Positions 11,316 through 21,770 of a DNA stretch of 64,000 bases are shown piece after piece. The translations under genes and the position numbers were made by a program. The DNA is from an uncultured virus (IMG/VR IMGVR_UViG_3300009132_000003) (lineage: Duplodnaviria > Heunggongvirae > Uroviricota > Caudoviricetes), in IMG/VR virus record IMGVR_UViG_3300009132_000003, one strand, 5' to 3'. The notes under the pieces were generated by a model that did not search any database, had not been told where the DNA came from, and worked only from the letters and a program-made list of their open reading frames with translations. How positions within the stretch are numbered: position 1 is the first letter of the stretch; every line of letters begins with the position of its first letter.

Positions 11316-13157
11316 TTACAGTGCTACCTTTGTATCTTGCTCGTTTTTTAATGGTTGCATTATTAGTTTAGCAGTGTCTAATCTTAATACATAATTTCTA
11401 AGAGGAGAAATCATACTTTGATCAAGTGGTGATGCACTAAATGTAATATAAGGAGTTCCGGTTGATATAGAAACTGGGGCAAATCCATTTAGTGATGCAC
11501 TACCTTTTTGATAATCATAGCTACCAATATCTTGTACGATAACCTTACCAGTAGTTGATACAATTTGTAATATATTAGAATTTAATTTATTTTTAATAGT
11601 GCAACGAACAGCATCATCTCCATAAGTAAACATTGAAGATTCTATGCTATGATTTTGAGCTTCCGCAGGAATTAACATTACTGGAAAATGCACATTATAA
11701 TTTTTAGCAGAGCCAACTGTTACATTTAATCTCTGCTGTACTTTAATATCCATTTTTGCAGAAAGTATTGCTCTATTTAAATCACTAACTTCTGTTAACA
11801 CTTCTGATCTACTAAAAGAAGAATTAAAACTATTTAAAGTATTTGAAAAATATTCTTGTAAGAAATTAGTAATAGAAGTTTGAATTGCAGAACCAGTATC
11901 ATTAGTTAAACTAGGATCATAATTAAAATTGCCAGTTATTTCTAAATATGTTTCCTCAGGTGTTACATACTTATTTGAAATAGACATGACAGAAAGTTGA
12001 TTTGTAAAATTAGTTTCAATACTATTCTGTGTTGTGGCTTTTACAGCATCTGATGTTCCATCTTGATATTGAAGACTAATGTATACCTTTCCATAATCAA
12101 CGGGTACATTATCTTCTCCACCCCATACTGCAACATCTTTTACCACTGGGAAATTAGCAAGAATCATTGCTCTATAATCTGCAGATGTTACTAATCTTTT
12201 TTGAGATGCAAATTGTAAAGGAGCTAATTTACGAATTGATTCTATTGTTTCTTTTTCATAACCTTCAGTAGAAGATTGCTGTGTTTGCACATTAACAGGA
12301 TAATTTACATTATTAATTACTACATTACGAGTGCTTAAAAATCCAGTACAACCATTTGCTTCTGTACCATTAGAAGAAAAATATGTAACTACAACTTTAC
12401 TACCAACTGCAGGAGATTTACCAAAGCTTTTTCCATCACCAAAATTAATTTCATAATAACCATTTGGTGCTTCTTTTATATCAAAGAATGTAGTAGTTGC
12501 ATCTACTGTAAGAGCAGTATCTAAGAAATAGTATGAAGTAAATTTAGTTGATGTTGGAGAATCATATACATTAATAGTCACTTTAGATGTATCTAAGGTT
12601 TCATCTGGGATAACATATATTTGATTTTCAGCAGAGTCATCTACTATAAATGTTTTTGTTTTATAAGATCCTTCATAAACCGATATTTGATTATTATCAT
12701 CAGTATCTGTAAATGAGTATATGCCATTTCCATCGTCTGTGGCTGTATAATTTTTAGTAGTAATAAATGAATATGTTGTTGTTTCATTTGATGCACTAAA
12801 AGTCCATTCAGCAGGAAGTAAAATAGATGAAGGTCTGTTTGCAACACCTGCTAAATTTACAAATAATGTAAGTGCAGATGATGATGGTGTTCTTGATCTT
12901 GGTCTATAGCCTAATGCCTCAGCATGAGATACAACGGATGATCTTAATTGTGCTGTATTAAGAAAGGCTTCATTGGTCGCAAAGTTTGCGGTAAGCCCAT
13001 TAAAGTGTGTATTATAAGCTAAAACATCTAATACGTTTGAAAGACCTGATGCCTCAAAATTATAGTCAGAAAATTCTGGCTGCTGTGCAAAATAGGTTTT
13101 TAAACTATTTCTTATCGTATCAAAATCTAAAGCTGTTGACGTGATATTTGTGGCCAT
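11316..13157 (-). CDS. gp6: Baseplate wedge subunit gp6
   Basis: LDFDTIRNSLK, DYNFEASGLS..LDVLAYNTH, AQLRSSVVSHA..LGY.P, Q.RLVT..DY, VWGGEDN. Confidence 0.95.
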   Translation of the reverse strand: MATNITSTALDFDTIRNSLKTYFAQQPEFSDYNFEASGLSNVLDVLAYNTHFNGLTANFATNEAFLNTAQLRSSVVSHAEALGYRPRSRTPSSSALTLFVNLAGVANRPSSILLPAEWTFSASNETTTYSFITTKNYTATDDGNGIYSFTDTDDNNQISVYEGSYKTKTFIVDDSAENQIYVIPDETLDTSKVTINVYDSPTSTKFTSYYFLDTALTVDATTTFFDIKEAPNGYYEINFGDGKSFGKSPAVGSKVVVTYFSSNGTEANGCTGFLSTRNVVINNVNYPVNVQTQQSSTEGYEKETIESIRKLAPLQFASQKRLVTSADYRAMILANFPVVKDVAVWGGEDNVPVDYGKVYISLQYQDGTSDAVKATTQNSIETNFTNQLSVMSISNKYVTPEETYLEITGNFNYDPSLTNDTGSAIQTSITNFLQEYFSNTLNSFNSSFSRSEVLTEVSDLNRAILSAKMDIKVQQRLNVTVGSAKNYNVHFPVMLIPAEAQNHSIESSMFTYGDDAVRCTIKNKLNSNILQIVSTTGKVIVQDIGSYDYQKGSASLNGFAPVSISTGTPYITFSASPLDQSMISPLRNYVLRLDTAKLIMQPLKNEQDTKVAL

Positions 13158-13603
13158 TATCTCAACCTCGAAATTTCTGTTTCTAGTGTAATTGTTTCAT
13201 TTGTACTTAATATGAGAAATGTTATGGATACATCAAGAGAATTTGCATAATCTCTATAATTAGTAGAAATATCTAGCACCTCTGCTCTTGGTTCATAATT
13301 CTTTATAGCTTGTTTTATTTTTTGTTTTATCTCAAAATCTAAAAACTGATCGCCAAGTTCGAATAACATATCTCTAATATTACTACCAAAGAAAGGAGAA
13401 AACGGTTTTTCATAATGGTTTGTAAGAATTAGATTCTTCACTGCCTGTTTTACGGCATTAGCATCGGTTTTCTTAAAAATGTCACCATTTTTCTTTTTCT
13501 TAAATGATAAGTCAATATCCGAATAAAACCTATCACTGGAAGCAGTTATTTTTGCTCCAGTATCTAGTTTTCTATCTTCAATTGATAACGATCTAGTTGG
13601 CAT
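13157..13603 (-). CDS. gp25: Baseplate wedge subunit gp25
   Basis: AVKQAVKNLILTN..EKPF.P.FGSNI..MLFE, IKNYEPR. Confidence 0.92.
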   Translation of the reverse strand: MPTRSLSIEDRKLDTGAKITASSDRFYSDIDLSFKKKKNGDIFKKTDANAVKQAVKNLILTNHYEKPFSPFFGSNIRDMLFELGDQFLDFEIKQKIKQAIKNYEPRAEVLDISTNYRDYANSLDVSITFLILSTNETITLETEISRLR

Positions 13604-13627
13604 GCTTTTCTCTTATTTTATTGTTAT

Positions 13628-13635
13628 TATTTATA
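13628..13635 (-). promoter_or_regulatory. T4-type late promoter (TATAAATA) for the gp25-gp6 operon
   Basis: Exact TATAAATA on minus strand 25 nt upstream of gp25. Confidence 0.8.
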
Positions 13636-13641
13636 ATGATT

Positions 13642-15684
13642 TTAAGTGGATAAGACTTCAATTAGGTCTGTAGATGTCTGTAGCTGACCATTATATACTG
13701 TTTCTACACTCTTATTGAAAAATGCTGTATAGTTTTCTGGTATATTCGGCATTAAAACACCAACTTGAGAATGCAGAGAAGCATCAGTATTATAATTATC
13801 ATAATAAAGGCTTATCTTTTCATAGTTAGTATTGTCTTTTAAGTACACCGCAAAATCAAAAGCTTTTGTGTTTGATATTTTTCCAGTAAAGGAATCATAT
13901 ACTTCATAAACCACAAACTTACCTTCTGTTGCAGCTTGCTTTACTCCATCAGCTGTTAGTGTTTCTTCTGGACCTTTTTTATACAATCCTTCTGCAACCA
14001 CTAAATTATATCCTTGGAATTGATCAAGCTGATAAAATATATTAATTATTTCTGATTGAGGGTATAGGTTTCGTGCTATTGTTTTTCTTTGTTCAATACC
14101 AGTAGTATGATCTAAATTAATAGGATCTTTTGCTGATGAAATAAACTTAGCAATAGGAATACCAGAACCCAACATTGTAGACATAGTAATATCAGAAAAA
14201 TTATTAGGATCAAATTGTGCAGGTGGTGTAATAATTCTTTCAACACCACGTGAAGAAGATTCTCTGAGTGTATATTTTTTAGTAACAGCTTGTTGTAGAC
14301 GACCACCAATTGGTGTATAACCAGTTCTAGCGGTTTGTGCCATACCTTTGATTCTACCAATTTCAGATGGAGTAATAGCCGCGAAGCCTGTATTCAATAC
14401 ACCATTTGCACATTGACTTTGTAAAAATTTATTATTTTGCAAATTAGAAGATTCTTTTAGTTTTGATCTTACTTGTCCAGTGTCTAATTTCTTATCAGTT
14501 ACACCACCAGAATTTTTAGTTTGATTAATACCATCTAATATTCCATCATCTCTATCAATTCTAATTTCTCTTATACCTCTATCTTCATTTGATAGAAATG
14601 CATTTACAAGAGTATCTGTTGGTCTATATTTCTTACCCTGTGCGACTGGATCTTCTTTACTATGAGATGTAGTATCAACTCTTCCAGAGTGTGATGCACC
14701 TAGTGATGCAGTACCAGCTTTAAGTGCACCTTTTGCAGTACCATTTAAGCTGCCATGAAATACTTTTGCTTTCATAGTTTTCTTTGCTTCAACTTCACTT
14801 GCATGTAGTGTTCTATCCACATAACTATTTTGTGAAAACATTGTTACATTTCCACCACCTATAGTTCCATCATTTCCAAATACTGATATATCTGAAGCAC
14901 CAATAGTAATATTTTTAGATGACATATTAATTTCAGTTTCAGAAGTCATAAATGTATTACCACTATGCACATACTCTGCGGTACCATCAACCTCATTAAA
15001 GTATTCACCTTTTGTATGTGTACTAAAGCCATTTAAATAAGAGTTTGCAACTTTTTGTAATATTGTAGACGTTTTTGTTTTATGTATTACTTCATTAAAT
15101 AAACCAACAATATTTTTACGATAGTTGCCTATCACGTTTAAAATATTATTTCCTCCAACCTTCACATTATAATCGCCTTTTACATCTAAGTTGTAATCTC
15201 CTTGAACAGTAAGATTTAAATTACCATAATATGTAACTGAGCCATTACCTTCAACAGCCATAGCATGATTTTCAGATACTAAATCGACTCTATTACCAAG
15301 ACTATTGACAATTACAGAACCATCAGGTTTTATCTCAACACCAGCACCATCTTTATGTTTAATAAGTATTCTTTCTCCGCCAGGAGTATCGTTCACTTCT
15401 ATTATATGACCTGATGGAGATTCACTTACTTGATTTAATGTATAAAGTGCAGGCGGTTGTTCGGGTATTGATGTCTCAGTACCTAATACACCATTCTTAA
15501 TTTTTAAATTATGAATCTCGGAACCACGTGCAGCTTTATTTGTAGATGATTCACCTACATACTGAGGCTTTGGGTGTTTTACGTCAGGATCTTTAAATCC
15601 ATCTGTAGGAACACCTTCACTATTAACTCGACCTTTTCCGTCTGTCGCAATTCTTTCAGTTATGCTATCATTTTCGGTTGTCAT
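13642..15684 (-). CDS. gp5: gp5 C-terminal part (beta-helix spike) with an extra C-terminal domain
   Basis: DP...HP, Y.LNQVSESPSGHIIEVNDTPGGERILIKH, V.GDYNL.V.G beta-helix repeats. Confidence 0.8.
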   Translation of the reverse strand: MTTENDSITERIATDGKGRVNSEGVPTDGFKDPDVKHPKPQYVGESSTNKAARGSEIHNLKIKNGVLGTETSIPEQPPALYTLNQVSESPSGHIIEVNDTPGGERILIKHKDGAGVEIKPDGSVIVNSLGNRVDLVSENHAMAVEGNGSVTYYGNLNLTVQGDYNLDVKGDYNVKVGGNNILNVIGNYRKNIVGLFNEVIHKTKTSTILQKVANSYLNGFSTHTKGEYFNEVDGTAEYVHSGNTFMTSETEINMSSKNITIGASDISVFGNDGTIGGGNVTMFSQNSYVDRTLHASEVEAKKTMKAKVFHGSLNGTAKGALKAGTASLGASHSGRVDTTSHSKEDPVAQGKKYRPTDTLVNAFLSNEDRGIREIRIDRDDGILDGINQTKNSGGVTDKKLDTGQVRSKLKESSNLQNNKFLQSQCANGVLNTGFAAITPSEIGRIKGMAQTARTGYTPIGGRLQQAVTKKYTLRESSSRGVERIITPPAQFDPNNFSDITMSTMLGSGIPIAKFISSAKDPINLDHTTGIEQRKTIARNLYPQSEIINIFYQLDQFQGYNLVVAEGLYKKGPEETLTADGVKQAATEGKFVVYEVYDSFTGKISNTKAFDFAVYLKDNTNYEKISLYYDNYNTDASLHSQVGVLMPNIPENYTAFFNKSVETVYNGQLQTSTDLIEVLST

Positions 15685-15687
15685 AAT

Positions 15688-17190
15688 TTATCCTCTATTA
15701 AGTTCAGAAGGAGATAGTGGTGGTAAAGTACCAGATGAAGATTTATTTGTCTTTTTAAATTTACTTTTTACATATTGTTGCATATCAATGCCCGGATCAG
15801 ATTGATTTTCTGGATCTGTATCATTATGACCCCAAACTTGCCCACCGGGCCAAACAACATAAAATGCCTTTAAAAATTGATCAAGTGTTTTCCATTGATC
15901 TGAGGTAATTGATTCTGCACTTATAAACTTATTGTAATTAGGATTTCCGCTATTACAGTTATAACCACCAACCATACCAACACCTATGCTATATCTATTA
16001 TGTCCATTTGCTTTTGCATGAGCACCAACTTTATTTAATGGTCTACCTCTTTGAAGTGACCCATCTCTTTTAATAATATAATGATATGAACAACCAGAAA
16101 ATCCTCGATCAATAGCAATGTTATGACATTCTTCTGCACCAACATGACCTTGATCTATATAGTGTGCAGTCCAATGTACAACGGTTTCTGTAATTTCCCT
16201 ATTAGTACCCCTAAAATCTGCAATGAGTTCTTCAAAGCTATCCACAAACTTAAACTCATAACCATTTACCGAGCCTTTTGCAACCCTACTTGTTGTTGGA
16301 AAGTCTTGCTCATTTGAATTTAATCTTTCAACAACACTTGTTGCAGGCTTCAGTTGTGTAAACTGTGCACCTCTTGATGCAACAACATTAGAAACCGAAG
16401 GATTAATTCTATATACATTTTTTAAAATAATATCAAGATCTGTTCCAGATACTGAATTTTCAAGCGATCTTTGAACTATTGAAACAGCATTTTCTTTTCT
16501 ACCTAAAAGTATTTCCTGCATTGCAGATTTTAAAACAGTATCACCTAATAATCCTTTAGTATCAGAAACTAATTGCGCTCTTAGTACATCTGTTCCTAGC
16601 AATAAAAGATTATTTAAAAGCCCACCTTCATAATTATTTGTAGAACTTAAACGTGATAGTGTAATAGAAGTAAGAGTATCTGCAAAAGTGTTATCTCTTG
16701 TCGTATCTTTAATGTTAGAAATTACTGTATTTCCAGCCATACTTGTAAGTTGATCCATTAAAGAATCATTTGGATCAACGCCTGTAATATTACCAACACT
16801 ACTAAAAATAGAAAATGGAGATGAAGCAATAACATGAGATTTTAGATTACCAAGTGTTGGTGCTCTACCAGTTATAGCTTGAAGTGCTGTACTATTTTGT
16901 GGGCTTGTTGTAAATGCAGACAAATAACCTTGAAGAGGTTTTTTCAATCTTACTGGTCCTACATCTGAAATATTACCATCTTCAAATTTATCACTTAAAG
17001 AAGTGAGAGGTTCAATATTTGCAACTGTTGTCGCTGCATTTTTAGCAACCAACGATGATGTGGTTGATAAACTTGCATTGGCTAAGTCTGTTATTGATGC
17101 AGAAGTTTCTTCAATATTAGTCTGCTCTTTTACTCCATCAAGTATAGAACTAAATTTATCATGACTGATTGAATTTTCTAGTGTTGACAT
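15688..17190 (-). CDS. Baseplate-associated protein with a C-terminal N-acetylmuramoyl-L-alanine amidase (Amidase_2)
   Basis: VVHWTA, YHYIIKRDGSLQRGRP...GAHA..HN..SIGV, WGHND...DPG zinc-amidase motifs. Confidence 0.85.
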   Translation of the reverse strand: MSTLENSISHDKFSSILDGVKEQTNIEETSASITDLANASLSTTSSLVAKNAATTVANIEPLTSLSDKFEDGNISDVGPVRLKKPLQGYLSAFTTSPQNSTALQAITGRAPTLGNLKSHVIASSPFSIFSSVGNITGVDPNDSLMDQLTSMAGNTVISNIKDTTRDNTFADTLTSITLSRLSSTNNYEGGLLNNLLLLGTDVLRAQLVSDTKGLLGDTVLKSAMQEILLGRKENAVSIVQRSLENSVSGTDLDIILKNVYRINPSVSNVVASRGAQFTQLKPATSVVERLNSNEQDFPTTSRVAKGSVNGYEFKFVDSFEELIADFRGTNREITETVVHWTAHYIDQGHVGAEECHNIAIDRGFSGCSYHYIIKRDGSLQRGRPLNKVGAHAKANGHNRYSIGVGMVGGYNCNSGNPNYNKFISAESITSDQWKTLDQFLKAFYVVWPGGQVWGHNDTDPENQSDPGIDMQQYVKSKFKKTNKSSSGTLPPLSPSELNRG

Positions 17191-17203
17191 AAACTAAACT
17201 CCA

Positions 17204-18064
17204 TCAAGAACTACTATACAGATCATATGCTATCTGTGCAAACTTAAATCTTTTATCGAAAGTGCCCGGTCTAGGTCTTTCAAACTTCTTTTCAAATACG
17301 CTTGTTGCTTCAGAAACAGTTGTTGCTTTCTTAAGACTACCATATCCTAACCAAGATTGTGTTTCCAATTCGTGCATCATAAAAGGTAGTTGCGCTTCAA
17401 GTGTTTTATAATCTAATCCATTTTGATTAGAAAAATCAATAAGTGATGTATATCTATCTGCTCTCCATTGTGCAAGACCAAATGCTGGTTTACCAACATC
17501 ATTAGGATTCAGTGCAGCTGGATTTAAATTAGATTCAGCACTAAGATTACCTATAACACCTGCAGCCTGTTCATCCGTTAATCCTTGTTTCTTTAAGTAA
17601 TTAAAAATCTTTTCACCATTAGATCCTCCGGGTAAATTTAACGAATCTATTTTTCTTCCTTCGCCATTTTTAACTCCAGTGTTACTCGTTTGTCCATCTA
17701 AAGGAACAGACTGAGTTTTATTATTTTCAGATGTAATATCTTTATCGTTCTCTATATAATGTAAAGAACCCATTACTATAGGAAGCTGTGAACTTTGACC
17801 ATCAGCAAAGAATCCTATTACCTGCGCTCCGGTTTGAATCTGACCCATTTTGCCTATACCGGAAATACCACCTTCAGTTGAGGGGATAACTACCTGGGCC
17901 CAAGGTAAATCATTCGTTGGTATATCATCAATATTAGATGAATGAATGCCTCTAATTCTCACTTTAACACGACCAAGTTTTAATGGATCTTTATTACTTA
18001 CCACAATACCAACAAACCATCTAAAAGAGTCGCCATAATATTCACCTTGAATAGTTTTCATCAT
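17204..18064 (-). CDS. gp5: gp5 N-terminal OB-fold fused to a phage tail lysozyme domain
   Basis: WFVGIV...DPLKLGRVKVRI.G.H...LPWA, VIGFFADG..Q.P.VMGS; then AAGVIGNLSAESNLNP, FGLAQW, FERP. Confidence 0.85.
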   Translation of the reverse strand: MMKTIQGEYYGDSFRWFVGIVVSNKDPLKLGRVKVRIRGIHSSNIDDIPTNDLPWAQVVIPSTEGGISGIGKMGQIQTGAQVIGFFADGQSSQLPIVMGSLHYIENDKDITSENNKTQSVPLDGQTSNTGVKNGEGRKIDSLNLPGGSNGEKIFNYLKKQGLTDEQAAGVIGNLSAESNLNPAALNPNDVGKPAFGLAQWRADRYTSLIDFSNQNGLDYKTLEAQLPFMMHELETQSWLGYGSLKKATTVSEATSVFEKKFERPRPGTFDKRFKFAQIAYDLYSSS

Positions 18065-19401
18065 ATAACTCCTGCCTGAGGCTTATACGCTAATTTAGTG
18101 CATGAAACCACAGCGCTATAAACATCTGCTTGAAATATATGTCGAGTTGCATATATCATATAAGAACCACTTTTTCTTTTATCTAAGTTATTTGACCCAT
18201 CATCATCTGAATAGCTTGTAGTATTAGCTTTAAATGCAATATTAATTAAGTTCCCTATAGAATGATTAACACCTGAGTGTAAGAAATTATTACCTGCCAC
18301 GCTTATTTGTATAGGTGTTTTATGTAAAAAGTGTCTTAGTGCTTTTGATTTCGCCTTTAACATATGAGAATTAGCATCATTAGATTCATAATAATTATAA
18401 TTGCCATCTTCAAAAGTATGAGAAGGTGCAATCTGACTTATTTCACTGGTATCATATTCATGCATTTTTCTATTATTAATCATTGCATTTCCATCATAAA
18501 CCGGAACATTTTGTCTTGGTTCAAAAGATATTCCAGTAAATATCTCATTTGCATCTATTTTACTGGTATGAGATGTATTAGTAATTGTATCTATAAAATT
18601 GTAAGTAGAATTTACAAAACCTCTCCTTGCTAACATTAACTGATCTTCTGCGCCAGCATATGAAAAGTTTTTTATGACATAATTTTGTCTAGGATCTTGA
18701 GCACTTAATCCTCCGCTACTTCCTTGTAAATACACATAATCACATATACCTTCGTTTAGTGGCGTTAATTCTAAAATCTTTTCTAAATCTAAAAATCTAA
18801 TTCTATCATCGCATATTGTAGAAAATAAAAAGAATGGCATACCGTTTTGTGATGATGTTCTATCCTTTATCCAATTAGCAGCATCTAGAGGATTTAAATT
18901 TGGAACTACCACTTTCATATCAGAAGATTCTTTAAATTCATTTCCACTGATATTAAAAAGTTCTCTATTTAAATTATCCATTAGAATATCTTTAATGATA
19001 TCCGCTGGTTTTCCATTATATGATTTTTGTAATCTTGTTAGTCTTGAATAATATCCTATATCTTCTATAAGAGAAAATCCTACAAGTTCAGTTGAATCAT
19101 TTGTTTTAACTGATTTAATGATTTCTGTTATGATAAACTTTTTTTCTATTGTATCTTCAGGTTTTCCGTTATCAGTAGTGATTTCTATTTCAACCACTTC
19201 TGTACCTGAAATCTCAGTTCTTTCAATAATTCTATCGTTATCAGCAAACAATACTTGAGCCGTTAAGTAAGGTTTATCTATATGCTCATAGATATTTACT
19301 TCATTAATGACTGTAGTAATATCATATAAAACAGAAGTATTATTTCTGTCTTTTCTAATTCTTAATTTCTTAATTAGAAATTCAGCGGTATTATCGGACA
19401 T
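18061..19401 (-). CDS. Baseplate hub protein (gp27-like)
   Basis: IYEHIDKPYLTA, GTEVVEI, VPNLNP..A.NWI, SGSYMIYATRHIF; position between gp53 and gp5. Confidence 0.65.
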   Translation of the reverse strand: MSDNTAEFLIKKLRIRKDRNNTSVLYDITTVINEVNIYEHIDKPYLTAQVLFADNDRIIERTEISGTEVVEIEITTDNGKPEDTIEKKFIITEIIKSVKTNDSTELVGFSLIEDIGYYSRLTRLQKSYNGKPADIIKDILMDNLNRELFNISGNEFKESSDMKVVVPNLNPLDAANWIKDRTSSQNGMPFFLFSTICDDRIRFLDLEKILELTPLNEGICDYVYLQGSSGGLSAQDPRQNYVIKNFSYAGAEDQLMLARRGFVNSTYNFIDTITNTSHTSKIDANEIFTGISFEPRQNVPVYDGNAMINNRKMHEYDTSEISQIAPSHTFEDGNYNYYESNDANSHMLKAKSKALRHFLHKTPIQISVAGNNFLHSGVNHSIGNLINIAFKANTTSYSDDDGSNNLDKRKSGSYMIYATRHIFQADVYSAVVSCTKLAYKPQAGVI

Positions 19402-20123
19402 TAGCTATTCTCTCTGAGAGCACTTTTATATGTAGAAAATACACCAGCAATAGATTCAGGTTTAAACGCCTTGATTCTCATATTTAATTCATTTTCTTCT
19501 TGATAGTGTTCAAGATTGGTTACTTCAACTAAACCAGATCCAGGACCTACTGTTGGATCTATATCCACAATGTCAGTGCCAGATTTATAATATCTTACAG
19601 CATTATATTCTAAACTTGAAGAATGTAGAGTAACTGTTTTTGAAGGATCACCAACAAGTTGTATTGTTTCCGAAACAGTAAAAGATGGCGTACCAGCTAT
19701 CGTAATAGTACCAAAATTTGAATTCGTTGCAATTATTTTTCCAACTGCTGTTGAGCCCTGACCAGTAATAGAATCTCCAACTTTAAATTTATCATAGAAA
19801 TAATCACGAGTGGTAAGTGTTGTATTATTATATTTTCTTTTTACATGTGCAGCTAAACTTTTATTTGATAAAGGCCAACCTTTAGTTTTTAAATTATCAT
19901 TAAGTAAAAAGAACGTCCAATAATAATCTGTTGTATCATATAACATTTGAGAAACCTGATCAGGTCTTTCTCCATCATATAAATCATAAAAGGTATATAA
20001 AGATGAATTATCTTTTAATCTATCAATTATGTCGACATATACAGATAAATTTTGAGCACGATTAAAGTCTTTTTCATTACCATATTTGTATACTACTTCT
20101 GGAAATCCTGTAAAAAAAGTCAT
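19401..20123 (-). CDS. gp53: Baseplate wedge protein gp53
   Basis: FF..FP.V.Y, DGERPDQVS..LY....YYWTFFLLN, WPLS, ENE..MRIK. Confidence 0.9.
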   Translation of the reverse strand: MTFFTGFPEVVYKYGNEKDFNRAQNLSVYVDIIDRLKDNSSLYTFYDLYDGERPDQVSQMLYDTTDYYWTFFLLNDNLKTKGWPLSNKSLAAHVKRKYNNTTLTTRDYFYDKFKVGDSITGQGSTAVGKIIATNSNFGTITIAGTPSFTVSETIQLVGDPSKTVTLHSSSLEYNAVRYYKSGTDIVDIDPTVGPGSGLVEVTNLEHYQEENELNMRIKAFKPESIAGVFSTYKSALRENS

Positions 20124-20125
20124 AA

Positions 20126-21205
20126 TTATAATCCTCTATAAACGCCGCGAGCGTGATCTGCTAAAACTGATCTCGTTCTTTGAGCGGCATCGATTTTAGA
20201 TTTTGCAGCTCGATTTGAAGATGCATCCCTTTTATCTAATGTAAATTCTTCTGCAAACGCCACCTGAATATTCACTTCATTAAATTCACCATCTTCATAA
20301 AAACCACCAGTATTGTTATATGAAGCAGAAAAACTTTTAAGATACATATGTTTAAAACTTAAGTTTGGATTTTTTTCACCTAAGTCCCTTCCATCATACA
20401 TCAAGTTTACTTGAAATAGGTTAGGAAACTTATAACCAGCACTTACGGAAGTATCAAATCCTTCAAGTGGAATTGTTTCTGGATAAAGATTTGTTCTAAA
20501 GAATGAAACAATATTTTTTATATGTTGCTGTTCTTCCACACTTGTCGGAACCATTTTAAAATCAAATGAAAATTCACGAATATTGACTGCTCTAAATATC
20601 ATTCGAGTGTTAGGATTAGGTGTTACACGCAAGGCTCCTCTAACGGCGTCTGTTTGGCCTGGAAGACCTGCTGCGACACGACTAGCTAAAAGAGATGCGG
20701 CATCTCCAGATAAATTTCCTTTTAATCCATCAACTAAACTTTTTCCAGCTGATCCTATTGCAGAACCTAGTGCAGCTGCAACACCACCACCTTGCTCCAT
20801 TGCTGTTGCGGTTGTTGCACCTAAAATACCTAAATCTGCATTATTAATACTCACACCATCAGCTATTGTAACCGGTGTTGGCATATATAATGCAACTGAT
20901 TCAGGTAAATATGTTTCAGTTCCCGATTCAAGTTTTGAATCTTTAAAAAAATTAATAAAACCATTTGCGGTTTCAGATAAAACATCTATTCCAGCATCTA
21001 TGGCACCACCTGGAGTTACTACTCTCCGAGTCCCAGGTGGTGGAGAATTGGGAAAACTTATGTCGCTCGATCTAGCATTACTTGCTCTATCAATCGCTCG
21101 CTTTTTCTCGTATGATGGACCTCTCTTTTCAATCGGAGTAAAAAGAATATATGCTTTATACTTATCTCGATTGTTAATTGGGTACATAAATCTTGCTGAT
21201 GTCAT
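20126..21205 (-). CDS. gp48: Baseplate tail-tube cap gp48
   Basis: VALYMP, NPN..MIF.....REFSF.FKMVP.S..E...IK.I, FP..F, F.E. Confidence 0.85.
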   Translation of the reverse strand: MTSARFMYPINNRDKYKAYILFTPIEKRGPSYEKKRAIDRASNARSSDISFPNSPPPGTRRVVTPGGAIDAGIDVLSETANGFINFFKDSKLESGTETYLPESVALYMPTPVTIADGVSINNADLGILGATTATAMEQGGGVAAALGSAIGSAGKSLVDGLKGNLSGDAASLLASRVAAGLPGQTDAVRGALRVTPNPNTRMIFRAVNIREFSFDFKMVPTSVEEQQHIKNIVSFFRTNLYPETIPLEGFDTSVSAGYKFPNLFQVNLMYDGRDLGEKNPNLSFKHMYLKSFSASYNNTGGFYEDGEFNEVNIQVAFAEEFTLDKRDASSNRAAKSKIDAAQRTRSVLADHARGVYRGL

Positions 21206-21240
21206 TCAAAATTTCCTAATAAATAGAATTATCTTATTCT

Positions 21241-21248
21241 TATTTATA
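21241..21248 (-). promoter_or_regulatory. T4-type late promoter for the gp48 operon
   Basis: TATAAATA on minus strand in the gp48/gp4 divergent gap. Confidence 0.75.
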
Positions 21249-21267
21249 TAATTAAAATGAAAGTATT

Positions 21268-21762
21268 ATGAAAACATACCAAGGAAAATATAAAGTAAAA
21301 CATAGGTCCAAATATCGTGGTGATCCAGACAATATAATATATAGATCAATGTGGGAAAGACACTGTTTTAGATGGTGTGATAATAATCCTTCAATAAAAA
21401 ATTGGGCTTCTGAAGAAGTTGTAGTGCCATACTTCTATGAAGTCGATAAAAAATATCATCGTTACTTTGTTGATCTAAAGATAACATTTAAAGATGGTAA
21501 AACTATTATTGTAGAGATTAAACCGGATAGTCAAACAACACCGCCAAAGTTTCCAGGAAGAAAAACTAAAAGATATATTAATGAGGGTATGACTTATGTT
21601 AAGAATATGAATAAATGGAAAGCTGCTAAAAACTTTGCTGAAGACAGAAACTGGGAGTTTCAGATTTGGACAGAAAAAACTCTGCAAAGTATGGGTATAA
21701 TGCCAAAGCAGTCAAAAATGAAGAGTCTTCCGAGAATGAAAAAAATTAAAAAATCATTATAA
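21268..21762 (+). CDS. gp4: Head completion nuclease gp4
   Basis: KYRGDP.NIIYRSMWE, WASEE..VPY, HRYFVD, VEIKP..QT, N..KW.AA. Confidence 0.93.
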   Translation: MKTYQGKYKVKHRSKYRGDPDNIIYRSMWERHCFRWCDNNPSIKNWASEEVVVPYFYEVDKKYHRYFVDLKITFKDGKTIIVEIKPDSQTTPPKFPGRKTKRYINEGMTYVKNMNKWKAAKNFAEDRNWEFQIWTEKTLQSMGIMPKQSKMKSLPRMKKIKKSL

Positions 21763-21765
21763 ATA
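21758..21765 (+). promoter_or_regulatory. T4-type late promoter for gp2-gp54-gp26
   Basis: TATAAATA 5 nt before the gp2 ATG. Confidence 0.75.
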
Positions 21766-21770
21766 CTAAA

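Noticed and set aside
20583..21251. 222-aa + strand ORF, and similar antisense ORFs at 24775-25305, 41041-41571 and 35786-36121
   Set aside because: Shadow frames opposite well-supported genes; no RBS or recognisable motifs
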